The notes beneath the pieces were generated by a model that was not told where the DNA came from, ran no database searches, and was given only the letters and a program-made list of their open reading frames with translations. A stretch of DNA of 64,000 nucleotides from Mytilus californianus (Eukaryota), in contig NW_026262666.1 of NCBI RefSeq assembly GCF_021869535.1, positions 1,736,001 through 1,800,000 on the forward strand, read 5' to 3'. Positions 19,919 to 33,533 of this stretch are shown here, in pieces (within the stretch, counting starts at the first letter, position 1; each line of letters starts with the position of its first letter). The position numbers were made by a program, and so were the translations under genes.

Positions 19919-21719
19919 CCTTCAACAAGAAAAGTATTTATAAGTTATGCAATTTGTTTTAAAGTAACAATTAAAAATCTGATAACAACCGAGAAAATGT
20001 GTGCTACACAGAAATTCAAACCTTAATCATACATTTACAACTTTATAAATCAGTGGTTTTTAAAACGCATAAATTCCGACAAATTCCAGGTCAAATCATA
20101 TTGTGTTTTCATATGTAAGCAATCAAAATCCACAACTGAAATTTCGCCAATCATTACACAATATAAATAAAAAGAGGTGTGGGACGAGCTTCAAATTTAC
20201 GTGAATGAAAAAACCAACCTAAGAATATGCTAAAAACGACAGTAGTAATCGAATGTCAACAAGTTGTCTTATACCTCCGTTATATCATTCGATTCGTTCA
20301 TTAGTTAATGTAATTGGATTAGCTGACGTATCGCGGTACAATATGGCTGCTCTGTTAAAAAATACCACAAAGTTAACATATCAATAGTTTTGATATAACT
20401 AAAGATACAAAATATCTTTTGTAGTACATGTTGTGCCGGTATCAAGTAAGGCTATCTAGATCTTGTGTTTATCGTTAGTTTTTGTCTTTCTTGGTCTCTG
20501 GTGGATAAGTGTCTCATTGAAAATCCTACCACATTTAATATTGATTTTGTTATCAGTAAATTAAAAGCAAACTAAACATTATTGTTATAAACATATGCAC
20601 TTTCATGGATCCTGTATCTTGGCATTGCACAAAAGTCATGTTTTTCGCTGACTGTTTATGGCGTCTTTACACAAAATCCATGGGATGTTGGATGTGTACT
20701 GATTGATAAATTAGTCTTAGATACATGAATTGTTTTATTAGTTGTTATTGGCTTTGAACTAGCTGTCATTAAGTGCGAGTACACTCAGATCTGTACTTAG
20801 TGTCTTTTTGTTGTTTGGATGTACAAGATTCCACCCACGTCCAATCTGTGTTTTTCTTTTATGTACTTCTATCTATCCATCTGATGAGTTAAGCCTTTTT
20901 CAACTGATTTTTATAGTTCGTTGTTATGCTGTACTGTTAAATCACTGTCCCAGGTGAAAGGAAGGGTTGGGATCTCGCTAACATATTTAACTTCCGACAC
21001 ATTCTGTATGTATGTGCCTGTCCCAAGTCAGGAGCCTGTAATTCAGTATTTGTCGTTTGTTGCTGTGTTACATTTTTTTTGTACACTTATTAGGCCGTTA
21101 GTTTTCTCGTTTGAATTGTTTTACATTTATGATTTCGGGGCCTTTTATAGCTGACTATGCGGTATCGGCTTCGCTCATTGTTGAAGGTCGTACGGTGACC
21201 TATAGCTGTTGATTTCTGTGTCATTTGGTCTCTCGTGGAGAGTTGTCTCATTAGCAACCATACCACATCTTCCTTTTTTATATTCACAAAGAAAGATAAA
21301 CAGCAACGATCAACGCAATATACAGATAACATGACTTAATACAGGCACAAAATGTACTAAAGTTAAAACCAAGTTTACGTGTATACTTTTCGTTTCCTTG
21401 AATTCTTTATTTGTAGAATTTTATTAATTTAAAAAAATTAAGAACTGAATAAAGAAAAATAACAATTTTGTTTTATAAATTTGGTGCGTGTGTTTTTCAT
21501 TATTTATTTTTACCAGGAATGCTAAAACCAAAAACTTTGAAAAACAAGAATGTGTAAGGGTTCAAATACTTGAGGAGCTGAATATCTACATACATATAGT
21601 AACTTATTTATTTCGTTTTATTCAATTTCACATACGTATACTGGAACGTTATAATGAAATGTTAATAGAAACCAAAATGTTTTTCCTAGTACTTACTTCT
21701 TTTTTAAGTTTTATTTTCT

Positions 21720-22480
21720 TGTTTATCTAACTTTGTCTTTATTTTCTACTGTAAACTTGTTATTTCTACTAACACAACATCTATTTATCTTTCGAAATTT
21801 ATCACAGTTTGCTTTCGGGTTTGAATAATTACTTCTAGTTTGTCACTTATTTCGTTTTTATTCTTCCTAATCTCCTTTGCTTTTGTGGATTCCTTCACAC
21901 AGATACAGCTTTATCTATCGTAACAACGTGTTCAATTTTCTGTGGTGTACTGTAACACAATCGGCACAACATTGTTGTGAGAGACTTGCAGTATATTTCG
22001 ATAGTCTTATCTAGATGTTCATCGCAAGAAATAGAAGCAAACATATTTGGAGCATACATTTATATCTGTAATGACTACTAACTTGTGGTTCCGAGTACTT
22101 TTGAATCTTTCATGAATGACTTCACATGGTCCACTATACGCTTCGACACAAACAGTGCACCATGAAACTGCTTTGTGAGAGATGTTCTAATTGCTACAAG
22201 CATCGCAAACTTTCTTTGCTTTCTTCATAGCCCTCCTGTCAATCAAATGTTTTTAAAGTCAGTTTCTAGACCACACCTCAGGTTTCTCCGTACTGTATCC
22301 ACACGATACAATGCCTCCGCATACTGGGCACTCGAATCCCTCTAGTTTTTTTTTTCGCCTTTTACAGTTGAAACAAAAAAGACATGTATACAGGTCTCAC
22401 AGAGTGGATGCAGACACGGTACATAATTTGGCAGTTTACAAGTTCCAAAACAAATAGTCAAGGTTAATTAAGCAGCAAAT
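21720..22480 (-). pseudogene. Heavily decayed TRIM-like (RING/B-box/coiled-coil) copy
   Basis: Nucleotide similarity to 47780-48510; remnants such as VPCLHPLCETC, DRRAMKKA, CDEHLDKTIEIYCK, HVVTIDKAV broken by stops and frameshifts. Confidence 0.85.
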
Positions 22481-24024
22481 TCCTTTATACGTTCCTCGAA
22501 TTCGATTAATAAGCTAAAGCAGTACAATAATTTTATAATGCATTTGAAAAAAGACATTTGAGTTATTGGGAAACCAGCTGTTACCGTGCGTATTGAAGAT
22601 GCAAGCAAAAAGAGAAACCCTTGTTCAAACATAATTGGATTTATCACTTGAAAAGCTTTATTCGATCAATGGTGAATGATTGATGTTCCTTGAATTCTTT
22701 TTCTGACCTAGTGATGTCGCACATTCGAACACTCGCAAACACATGCATTCAGGTTTCAAAAAAGTCTTAGGTAAATTTGGTAAGTAATTTTTATAAAATT
22801 TTCAATCTTCTTATAACTCAGGAATTTTAGCAAGTTTCAAACTTATGAGCAGTTTTTAATTTTCTGGTTCATATTATCTCTTATTATTTCCTACAGCACG
22901 TGTCAGTTTTTCTTTTTATCCGTACAAGCTGCACTTTTGTCATTTAGTCCTGTCTGTTGTAAATCAAAATGGAACAAAATTGAACATATTATACATCTGC
23001 TATTTTCAAAGCGATTTCTTGATTTATCTTCATCAGGAATAACCAATAAAATGTGAAAGCCAAAGATGCATCAATGCTTAAATACTGTTTTACCAAAATG
23101 TACACAAAACGAAAAAAAAACAACTTTTATCTAAGATCAACTTTGCATTAAACGCGAATTTATTGACGCGGACGTACGTATACAATGGAGAAATGACTTT
23201 AAATTTTATACGACTGTCATACAAGTGAGAGGTTAAGCTAACTATAAAACCAGGTTTAATTCACCATTTTCTACATAAAAAAATATATGTACCAAGTCAG
23301 GAATATGACAGTTGTTATCCATTCGTTTGAAGAGTTTGAGCTTTTGATTTTGCCATTTGATTATGGACTTTCCGTTTTGAATCTTTCTCGGAGTTCGGTA
23401 TTTTTGTTATTTTACTTTTTAAACATTGACAATTATTCATGAAATTGTTTTGGAAACAGAAAAAAAAACACAGTTCTTTTCAGTAGAACTTACATTTGTT
23501 TCAAATAACAGTGTTGGTAATCCTAAACTTTGGCACTTTTATCACTTTTGTCTAAGTTTCCTAAATTTATGAGACGGTTTGACAGAGTTATTGATGTATG
23601 AAAAACTTTAGAATTACACTGTATCTAAATTTCATTACTGCAAAAAAACTTTGTTCATTTATCAGTAAAATACAGAAAAATGAAAATAAAATATAATAGC
23701 AATATTTTCAAAAGTGTGCTCTGGACACTCTTTCATGTCTACAACAACTAAAACACAACACTTTGGTCAAAATGGAAAACGACAAGAAATAAAATGGCAG
23801 TCCACAAAACACTAAAAATATAATTAAATGTTGGGCGACACGAATGCTACCAAAAACAGAATTGAACTCAGTTGCTCAAGAATGTTATGTGCTTTGTCAG
23901 ATGGAAGAATTAAGAACATATGTTTCCATCACTTATTAAATCTCTCCAAATCATCCATGATTTTTTTTCTGTGAACGTCGCGCTCACAAGTGTGACTGAC
24001 AGATTGATAGAAAGAAAGACAAAC

Positions 24025-24105
24025 ATGTTTGTTGAAAAAAATCTTGTTGAAAAAAAATCTTGTTGAAAAAAAATTTTGTTGAAAAAAATTTTGTTGAAAA
24101 AAATA
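24025..24105. repeat. Short tandem repeat (ttgttgaaaaaaaat-like, about 16 bp x5)
   Basis: Directly visible tandem units. Confidence 0.85.
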
Positions 24106-24371
24106 TGTTTTCGTTTCATTTCTACATTTCTACATTTTCTGCTTGTCTCATACATATATTTTAAACCTTTATGAAATCATCAGATCAAAATTCAATGTCA
24201 GTATGACAATCTGATCAAAAGATACTCACAATTATTAGGCACGCCTTTTCTCTGATCGACATTTATGTAAACTGTATTGATTTATAACTGTGTGTTTAGT
24301 AAGTCATGTGAAACTGGCTTGTTTCGAAGTTGTTTTCAAAATGTAAAATTATATGAATGGAAAGCAAAATA

Positions 24372-27300
24372 TACGGAAGCCGATAAGGGCCATTCAAAAA
24401 AAAAGAATTATGTCGTAACATGTCGTAATAACGACATCACTATGTCGTAATTTCGACATAGCATGTCGTTATAACGACATCGCTATGTCGTAATTTCGAC
24501 ATAACAAGTCGTAATTACGACATCACTATGTCGTAATTACGACATAGCTATGTCGTAATAACGACATCGCTATATATATAAAAGAATATGTATTATGATT
24601 GCCAAGAGACTAAATGACACAGAAATTAACAACTAAAGGTCATCATAATGCCTTCAATAATGAGAAAAGCCCCCGCATAGTCAGCTATAAAAGAGGGACG
24701 AAAGATACCAGAGGGAGAGTCCCCGAAATGACAGCTGTTTAACAATTTAATTCAAACGAGTGAAAATAACGGTTTTAATAATGGATAAACAAAGACCGAA
24801 ACACGAATATGTAACCCAGCAACAAATGACAACCACTGAATTACAGACTCCTGACCGCTATCTGATAATAACGACAACCTTATAGGTTAACTTTTCACTT
24901 TTTGATTCGATAGGAATTTCAAAATGGTCGCCAGTAAAGGCAAAGTTTGTAGCGTAAACAAATTCATCTTTTTTTTGAGAATATTGAACACTTTATGCAA
25001 TCAAGCTTAATTAAAGTTATTCACTAGCACCTCAGACTTGCACATACTAGAACTTTATTTATAATCAAGTCAAATGAGACCCAGTTGAATAGGGGAGCAA
25101 TTCAAGCTCCCTGGAGCCTCTAATTATGTTTGGCATTGCAGGTTATGAATAAGATGAATTTTAAGCTTTGTCCAATAAAGACTATGTTAAACTTTGGACT
25201 CATAGTGCTCAGACCCACGGATCTCTGTACCTTCATTTGTACACACTTGAATCTTAATGTACTACTGAGGCTTGATGCAAATTATAACTGCATTGCTATT
25301 GTTGGTTCTTAATGAGATTCTTCAAGCGTCCTCCCTATTGAAGCCCTATTAAAACTTTGCATCCCAAGTTCTTTTAACCACTGTTCCCCAGGGCAACTAT
25401 TCCTACAAACTTAGAGGGAGGATTGGGATCCCGCTAACATGTTTAACCCCGCCACATTCTTAATGTATGTGTCTGTCCCAAGTCTTTAATTTACATATTT
25501 GTTTTTCGTTTATTTTTGTACATAAAATAGGCCGCTAGTTTTTCTCGTTTGAATTGTATTACATTTGTCATTTCGGGGCCTTTTATAGCTGACTATGCGG
25601 TATGGGCTGTGATCATTGTTGAAGTCCGTACGGTGACCTATAACTGTTAATTTCTGTGTCATTTGGTTTCTTGTGGAGAGCTGCGTTTTTTAACAAACCA
25701 GCGTATCCCAAAGCCTTGATAACCTCTGTAGGCCCCAAATAAGACGAAAAAACATCAAAATTGGAGAGAAAACTGAAAATAAATGGTTTCTAACCTCAGG
25801 GATATTAACCCTTGGCATGCTGAATTGTTATCAGAAATTGTCTAAATTTCGAGTATTTGTAAAAATATGCAAATGATATGCAAATGAGCTGTACCCTGAT
25901 GCTGATGCATACTGATTGCATTAAATCTAAGATAGCCAAGGGTTAATATCCCTGAGGTTAGAAACCATTTTTTTTCAGTTTTCTCTCCAATTTTGATGTT
26001 TTTTTCGTCTTATTTGGGGCCTACAGAGGTTATCAAGGCCTTGGGATACGCTGGTTTGTTCAAAAACGCAACTCTCAACAAGAAACCAAATGACACAGAA
26101 ATTTACAATTAAAGGTCACCGTACGGCCTTCAACAATGATCACAGCCATATCGCATAGTCAGCTATAAAAGTCCCCGAAATGACAAATGTAATACAATTC
26201 AAACGAAAAAAACTAGCGGCCTATTTTATGTACAAAAATAAACGAAAAACAAATGTGTAAATTAAAGACTTGGGACATACACATACATAAAGAATGTGGC
26301 GGGGTTAAACATGTTAGCGGGATCCTAACCCTCCCCTTAAGTTTGTAGGAATAGTTGCCCTGGGGAACAGTGGTTAAAAGGACTTGGGGTACAAAGTTTT
26401 AATAGGTCTTCAATGGGGAGGACGCTTGAAGAATCTCATTAAGAACCAACAATAGCAATGCAGTAATAATTTGCATCAAGCCTCAGTAGTTACTGTACAT
26501 TAAGATTCAAGTGTGTACAAATGAAGGTACAGAGATCCGTGGGTCTGAGCACTATGAGTACAAAGTTTAACATAGTCTTTATTGGGAAAAGCTTAAATTC
26601 ATCTTATTCAGAACTTGCAATGGAAATGCAGGACTTCATAATTTACACAAATCTGTACATGTCAAACATAATTAGAGGCTCCAAGGAGTTTGAATTGCTC
26701 CCCTATTCAACTGGGTCTCATTTGACTTGATTATAAACAAAGTTCTAGTATGTGCAAGTCTGAGGTGCAAGTGAATAACTTTAATTAAGCTTGATTGCAT
26801 ATAGTGTTCATTATTCTAAAAAAAAAAGATGAATTTCTTTCCGCTACAAACTTTGCCTTTACTGACAACCATTTTGAAATGCCTATCGCATCAAAAAGTG
26901 AAAAGTTAAACTATAAGGTTGCCGTTATTATCACATAGCGGTCAGGAGTCTGTAATTCAGTGGAATTGTCATTTGTTGCTGTGTTACATATTCGTTTTTC
27001 GGTCTTTGTTTGTACATTATTAAAACCGTTATTTTCACTCGTTTGAATTAAATTATTAAACAGCTGTCATGTCGGGGACTCTCCCTCTGGTATCTTTCGT
27101 CCCTCTTTTATAGCTGACTATGCGGGGGCTTTTCTCATTATTGAGGGCATTATGATGACCTATAGTTGTTAATTTCTGTGTCATTAAGTCTCTTGGCAAT
27201 CATAATACATATTCTTATATATATATAGCGATGTCGTTATTACGACATAGCTATGTCGTTATTACGACATAGGGATGTCGTAATAACGACATGTTATGTC

Positions 27301-27415
27301 GAAATTACGACATAGCGATGTCGTTATAACGACATGTTATGTCGAAATTACGACATGCTATGTCGTAATTACGACATAATTATTTTTTTTTGAATGGCCC
27401 TTATCGGCTTCCGTA
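24372..27415. mobile_element. 3044-bp palindromic (foldback) non-autonomous DNA element, IS3EU-like termini
   Basis: Arms 24372-25816 and 25935-27415 are reverse complements with scattered substitutions and an indel; 118-bp spacer; ends TACGGAAGCC...GGCTTCCGTA; AAAATA directly repeated at 24366-24371 and 27416-27421. Confidence 0.8.
24409..24571. repeat. Subterminal minisatellite of self-palindromic units (ATGTCG-TAATWA-CGACAT); mirror copy at 27228-27378
   Basis: About 22-bp period, each unit is a small hairpin. Confidence 0.9.
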
Positions 27416-27630
27416 AAAATATAATTTAATATAAAGAAATATATACAAAAAAATACTTTAATATAATAATGTTAACACTTTTACAGGCCATTAAAACTAT
27501 GAAAGGCAGCACTCGACTTATAAATATCTTAAAACTCCTTCTGTTACTAATTACAATAAATGTTAATTCAGTCGGTGACATTTACACATGATATACTAAT
27601 AGAGGTTAAAACTCATAAACTTAAAACAGT

Positions 27631-29530
27631 TTAATTAATTTCACATATGTATGCTTCACTTCTAGATCCATGAAATGTCACAAGAAACTTGTTAGTATTT
27701 TGTTTAAAACGCATTACCCATGGCCTTTCAGTCATATCTTCGTCTATGTCTGATAAAGCAATGGTACGGGCGAGTTGTCCGTCAGGTGTCACCTGATGGA
27801 TGTTTTTAGCATAATGTTCTACTATGTATATGTTGCCGTCGCGATCAATATTCTGGTGAAACGGTGAGCTCAAGTTACTCTTGCAGTCAAAATCTGTTCC
27901 GACAAATGATTCAAATCTTATTGAATGTGTATTCCTAAAAATGTTCTTATTTTCCCTATGACTACCTACAAATGTCGTGTGGTACTCCTCTTATTTAGCA
28001 CCATATTCAGTGTTGGACAAGGAAATGATACTACTATGTGCAATGATTTCTTCATGAATGAACATGCACATTCCGAACATTCCAACATTTATATTGACTG
28101 TTTTGATTGTTATCAAAGATTTAACGTTAATTATAAAAGTCTTTCCATAAGAACGGCATTGATAAATGGACACGGCTACTGTATGATCATTCACCTTAAT
28201 AATATCGGTTGGACGTTCATTAATTTGAAATTCTAATGTGTCTATTTGTTTTCCAGTATTATCGTGGTAGGCTATTCTGTTTTCATTGTACTCCGTTATG
28301 ATGATGTCGTCTTTAAAGAATATGCCACTGGTGTAAGCACCTCTAACATCAATCGTAAAAATCACGTGTATCTTCCCTAAAAGGGAGGGTTTGTTTTCTT
28401 TCAAATGCAAGCGACCAAAGCACATAGTGTCTGAAATGATATTCATTGTTTCGAACTTTATTGATATGTCTCTTATACCTTGTAAAACTGTGGACAAGTC
28501 ATTTTTAAAGTGTGGCATTTTACTTGAAATATCCTCCATTTTGACCAGGCAATGAATTTCAGAACCTTGGGACAAACAGGCCCTGAAGATATACTTCCAA
28601 TAATCAAAGGCACTCTTCAAGGCCACTAATTCACTAATCTCTTCATTCAGTCTTAGAATATTAGTTTTTCTTACACTTTTTACTTCTTCTTTGATTTTCA
28701 GTTCAAGTTCATCTAAACGGTCATTCAATGTTTGTCGCATGTTACCGATTTCTGTCAAAACAACATCTATATCTTTTTCGAAATTTGTTGTACTTTGTTT
28801 CCTATTGTCAATAATTACTTCCAACTTGTTACTTGTTTCTTTTAATTCCATCATTAGTTCCTGTGCTTTTATAGATTTTTTTTATACCAGTTACAGCTTT
28901 ATCTATGGTAACCAAGTGTTCACATTTTCTATGATGTACAGTAGCACAAACGGTACAACATGGTTTGGAGTGATCTTTGCAGTATGTTTCGATTGTCTTG
29001 TCTGGATGTTCATCGCAAGCAACAAATCCAAAGACATTTCCAATAAGCGTATCTTCCGTTATATCTTGAATCAAAACTATCTTGTGATTTCTCGCCATTT
29101 TATATTTTGTATGATTGACTTCACAAGAATCGCAATAGGCCTCTTCACAAATCGTGCACCATGAGATTGCTTTTTTGGAAATGTTTTCACTGCTACAAAC
29201 ATCACAAAATTTCTCATCCTGTTTCATTGTTCTCCTGTCAATCAATGAATTAATAAAATGATTTGCAGGCAAAGTTTTTACCCATGTATCAGGTTTTGCG
29301 ATGATGTCTCCAACCAGAACAAGGCGACTACATAATGGGCACTTGAATCCTTCTGGTTTTTCTTCCTTTACTGTTGAAACAACATATGTACTTAAACAGC
29401 TCTCACAAAACGTGTGTAGGCACGGTAAAGTCTTTGACTGTTTAAATGTTTCAAGGCAAATAGTACACGTCAATAAATCGGTTAAATCTTCTTTTAACGT
29501 TTCTTCCTTTACGTTAGCTAAAGTCGCCAT
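27631..29530 (-). pseudogene. TRIM-like gene copy with one frameshift and one premature stop
   Basis: ORFs 28829-29530, 27991-28854 and 27631-27873 align collinearly with the intact 642-aa paralog; +1 in a T8 run at 28876-28883; in-frame TAA at 27991-27993. Confidence 0.92.
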
Positions 29531-30168
29531 TTTGTCTTTACTGTTAAAGTTCCTTGTTGAAATATAAATAACGAGATAAATATAGAATGCATACTATTTT
29601 TAGATGATTGAGTGGGATTCTATGAAATATTCTGGTTGTTATCTTGTTTATATACGAACAAAGAAATCGACGTGCGCTATATATGGACATTTGTATTTGT
29701 TAGGTTGGTAAATATTTGTTTTTACAGAAAAAAGAATTGATTAATTGTTGGTTGTTTACGTCCAGTGGCAACATAAAAAAGAAAGTTACCCTTCCAATCA
29801 TATACCAAGAGTCCACAAAAGGAATGTTAATTGATAAAGACTAAACGTAGTGTTCTTGTAATGAACTTATCAACATAAATTCTTTACTTTTTGAATTAGT
29901 CGGATATTTATTTGTAGTATCACTTGTTAATAATCACGTACAAGGCAAGTAGACAAATTTTCGTTTTTTTTTTTTTTTGTTTTTTTTTAATCTATCAAAA
30001 TGAAACATGCGAAATTACATAATACAGTTTTTTGCACAATGTATGAAAATTACGTTACACTTTTAAGATTGATAAAGTTTTCAGGATACAAGGTAATATA
30101 TTACAATTGATTTGGTTAATTGAATGCTGCTTTGTGCCAATAACCACTTCTGAAATTGTTTTTTAACT

Positions 30169-30432
30169 GATTTGATTTGATTTTTGACGTTTTAATGCCA
30201 CTTTTAAGCAACGTTTTTGGGCTATTTCGTGGCGGCCAGTTTTTATTGGCGGAGGAAGCCGGAGTGCCCGGAGAAAACCACCGACCTTCGATAGGAAAAC
30301 TGACAATCCTAGTCAATCAAGATTGGAGTTGATTGGACCCGCACGAGAGGGGTTCGAACTCACAACCTCAGTGTTGACTGGCTAGTAATTACAGTAGTAA
30401 CTACTTAGACCACTCGGCCACCGAGGCCCTCC
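30169..30432 (-). mobile_element. tRNA-derived SINE with V-domain-like core and (AAATC)n tail
   Basis: A box TGGCCGAGTGG, B box GAGTTCGAACCC, core ggttttctccgggcactccggcttcctcc, about 12-bp TSD tgttttttaact. Confidence 0.85.
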
Positions 30433-31574
30433 TGTTTTTTTAACTATTTGTGTAGGGGTTAAGAAACATACCGAGTATTCTTTTATACTTATCTACTAGT
30501 AATATTCTAAATATCGTATCCCACCACATCTTGTGTGCAATATTTTACATCTACATTTGTATATATAGTATCTATATAACTATATTGAGTTATTTCCTTT
30601 CATAATGATAGGTCATTCTTTTGAGATAAAAAAACAACCCGAAAGACACCAAGTTTATTAAAATGTGCTTCAGGGCATAAAATAATTACTCGTGTAAGGT
30701 CATTATGTATCCTGATTAAAATGCAAACTACAGTTTGTTAAACATTTAATTAATTTGATAGTAATCGTGGTTTGTTGTTAATTGGGTATTAGTGTACAAT
30801 TTTCCATCTTTAATAGTCTATAAAGTTTTTAGACAGAAACAATCCATTCCTTCGATATTTAGACTCAAATATCACAACCAATCTGTTAAATCATAGTTCA
30901 GTTTTCAAAACAAACAATCTGAAGTTTTGATGATTTATTGCTTTAATAGAAGTGTGAGACAAAATTAATTATACAAAACTTGTTTAAAACAGGCCACATT
31001 TTAACACATTTATGTGTAGGATTATTAAAAAAATATACAAAAGCATACTATCTTGTAATGTTGATTCACACTGATTAGAAATCGTTATTTGACCTATGGA
31101 GCTCAGTTTGTGTCAGTTCATATTTTTAAGCATTTATATATACCTTTTCTTTTACATTATCAAATTACCGACTGTTCCCATTTTCTATTGGCGAAAAACC
31201 ACGTCATCTAACTGGGGAAGGGCATAATAGATCATAATATTCTATCCTGGTTCTCATTTTTTTACATCATTGTATTGCCAGACAAAAGAGCGAAAAAAAA
31301 ATTTCTGAATATTGCGTTTAAAATTTTTAAAAATTTAATCAGCTTTCCTCGGTAAAAATGTCATATAACAAGAGGGAAAAACCCTAGCACCCAACTTATA
31401 GAGTTATTAATATAATGAATTACTTACCAAGACCTGTAAATTATTTCATGCGCCGAAAAAAACTCATTTATATCTAAATTAGTGATTTTAATTCACCTTT
31501 TGATTGACGTGGTTATACCTAATAGGATAAAGAAAAAAATCCCATTTTAATGTGATCGGAAAAATGTGATAAAT

Positions 31575-32290
31575 GTGGTGACTATTTTGAATGTATCTAT
31601 CCCATCGAACTTGAGATACAACAGATACAGTTTAGTCTGCCTCATATCTTGACTTGGATCTAGAAATTGACAATGAGGGTCAGTTGAAAACAAAACTTTA
31701 TGACAAAAGAGATGATTTCTGCTTCCCAATTGTGAACTTTCCATTTTTATGCAGCAACATTCCAGCAGCGCCTGCATACGGAGGATATATCTCCCAGTTG
31801 ATACGATACTCTAGGGCTTGTATTTCCTATCATGATTTCCTTGATAGAGGGTTGCTGCTCACAAGGAAGATATTAAACCAAGAGTTCCAAGTGGTGATGT
31901 TGAAATCATCCCTTCGTAAATTTTACGGACGCCATCACGAGTTGGTTTACCGTTACGTAATATTCGTTTCACTGATGATAGCGGATATGTTCCTAATGTC
32001 GTAAATAATCTCCCGTCCCCTTTTCCCGAATGTGACCTACCGAATTAGATTTTTACCGGGTTTGTTCTAACATGAGCAACACGACGGGTGACACGTGTGG
32101 AGCAGGATCTGCTTACCCTCTTAAAGCACCTATGATAACCCCCAGTTTTTAATGGGGTTCGTTTTGCTCAGTCTTTAGTTTTCTATGTTGTGTTTTGTGT
32201 ACTATTGTTTGTCTGTTGGTCTTTTTCTAGTTTAGCCGTTGTCAGTTTATTTTCGACTTATGAGTTGTAATGTCCTTTTGGTATCTTTCG
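31575..32290 (+). mobile_element. Penelope-like retroelement RT C-terminal fragment plus 3' end
   Basis: YLDLDLEID...KTKLYDKRDDF.FPIVNFP...YISQLIRYSRAC...LRKFYGRH, followed by the repeat tail also seen at 1-480. Confidence 0.85.
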
Positions 32291-33533
32291 CCTCTCTTGT
32301 CTTACAAATCTTTGAAAATAATTATATTTGTTCGGTATATCAGTCAGATAATGCATCTTTTAATGGTTTTCTTGTCGTATACGGTCAGCCTTCTGTTTGA
32401 CCTATCATTACACCCATCAGTGTGTTATACAAAAATCTTTAACTTAAATAGTAAAAACATATTATTTACTTTTTGACTGTTATAATTTCTAATCCAGCTT
32501 TTCATGTTGACAATTTTGTATAACATTGTATTCCCCTTGATTTCTGAACAAAAAGTTCATAGTTCATTTTGCATTCAGATAAAAGTGATTACATGATATA
32601 ATGTGTTATTCTAAATTTTGCAAAAATGAATTCCTGGTTATTGTAAAAGGCATGAAGTAAATAGTTTATTCCAATCTCCAACCTGCATAGTTAAATCTAT
32701 TCCAATTTTATTATTGGAAATAAAGCTAATACTTGATCATCTTCCAAAACGATATTTAAAACAAAATCAGGATTTTGGTTCTTTTATTTTTTAACTTTAT
32801 CTAACAATTTATTTACAATATTGTCTACAGGCGGATTGGTTGATTGTTATAAGATGTCAAAAGGCATAATTAACGAAAATCTTTGTCGTATTAATGTTGT
32901 ATTTTTTTTTTCTACATTCTACTTTAAACGCACAATTACCATGCTAATGCATTCATCTGACATACTTCCAGTTACTTTGATTCCCGCTTAGCAGTGTCCT
33001 TTATTAATTAGAAAAATGTGTTATTTTTGCTTCGTATCTATAAAATCAGCAATTTTGTCATCCAGTCCTGTTTGTTTTGTCATCAAGTTGAAAGCCTAAA
33101 TTTGATATTTCCTTGATTAGGTAATCAGTGTTTGAGTCTTTAGAGCGTATCATTGAAACATTTGTAACCCAAAATATACAATTGAAAATAAACTCACCTT
33201 ATAATCCAACCGTTCATTCTTTTTGAAATAATACAATCAGTCATGAAAAAGATAGGTGAAAATACCAAATGGATCTTCAAACACGAAATTACAATGGCAA
33301 AAACCGAAAAACGACCTATAGACAAAGAACAGTTTACATTATACCACATAAAAAACTTAAAAACAAACAGTCGGGAGTGATCTCAGGTGATTAGGAAAGA
33401 TTGTATATCTGTAATGTCATTTATGTAAATCAGTTTACACAATATCACATTTTAAACATTTTCCGTATCAACATTATTAAAACAAACAACTTCATATACT
33501 GTTTGTCATTTGTTTTGCGCAAGGAGATCTGTT

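Noticed and set aside
24409-24571. CRISPR-like appearance of regularly spaced palindromic units
   Set aside because: Spacers are only 3-5 nt and not unique; eukaryotic context; no cas genes
28691-29567. Plus-strand ORFs antisense to TRIM copies (also 47693-48607)
   Set aside because: Antisense shadows; their similarity merely reflects TRIM paralogy
30360-30432. Possible tRNA genes here and at 40583-40680
   Set aside because: A and B boxes are present but no complete cloverleaf; they are SINE heads
32330-33250. Possible further decayed coding remnant sharing about 100 bp with 22890-22975
   Set aside because: Similarity too weak to assign a product or reliable boundaries
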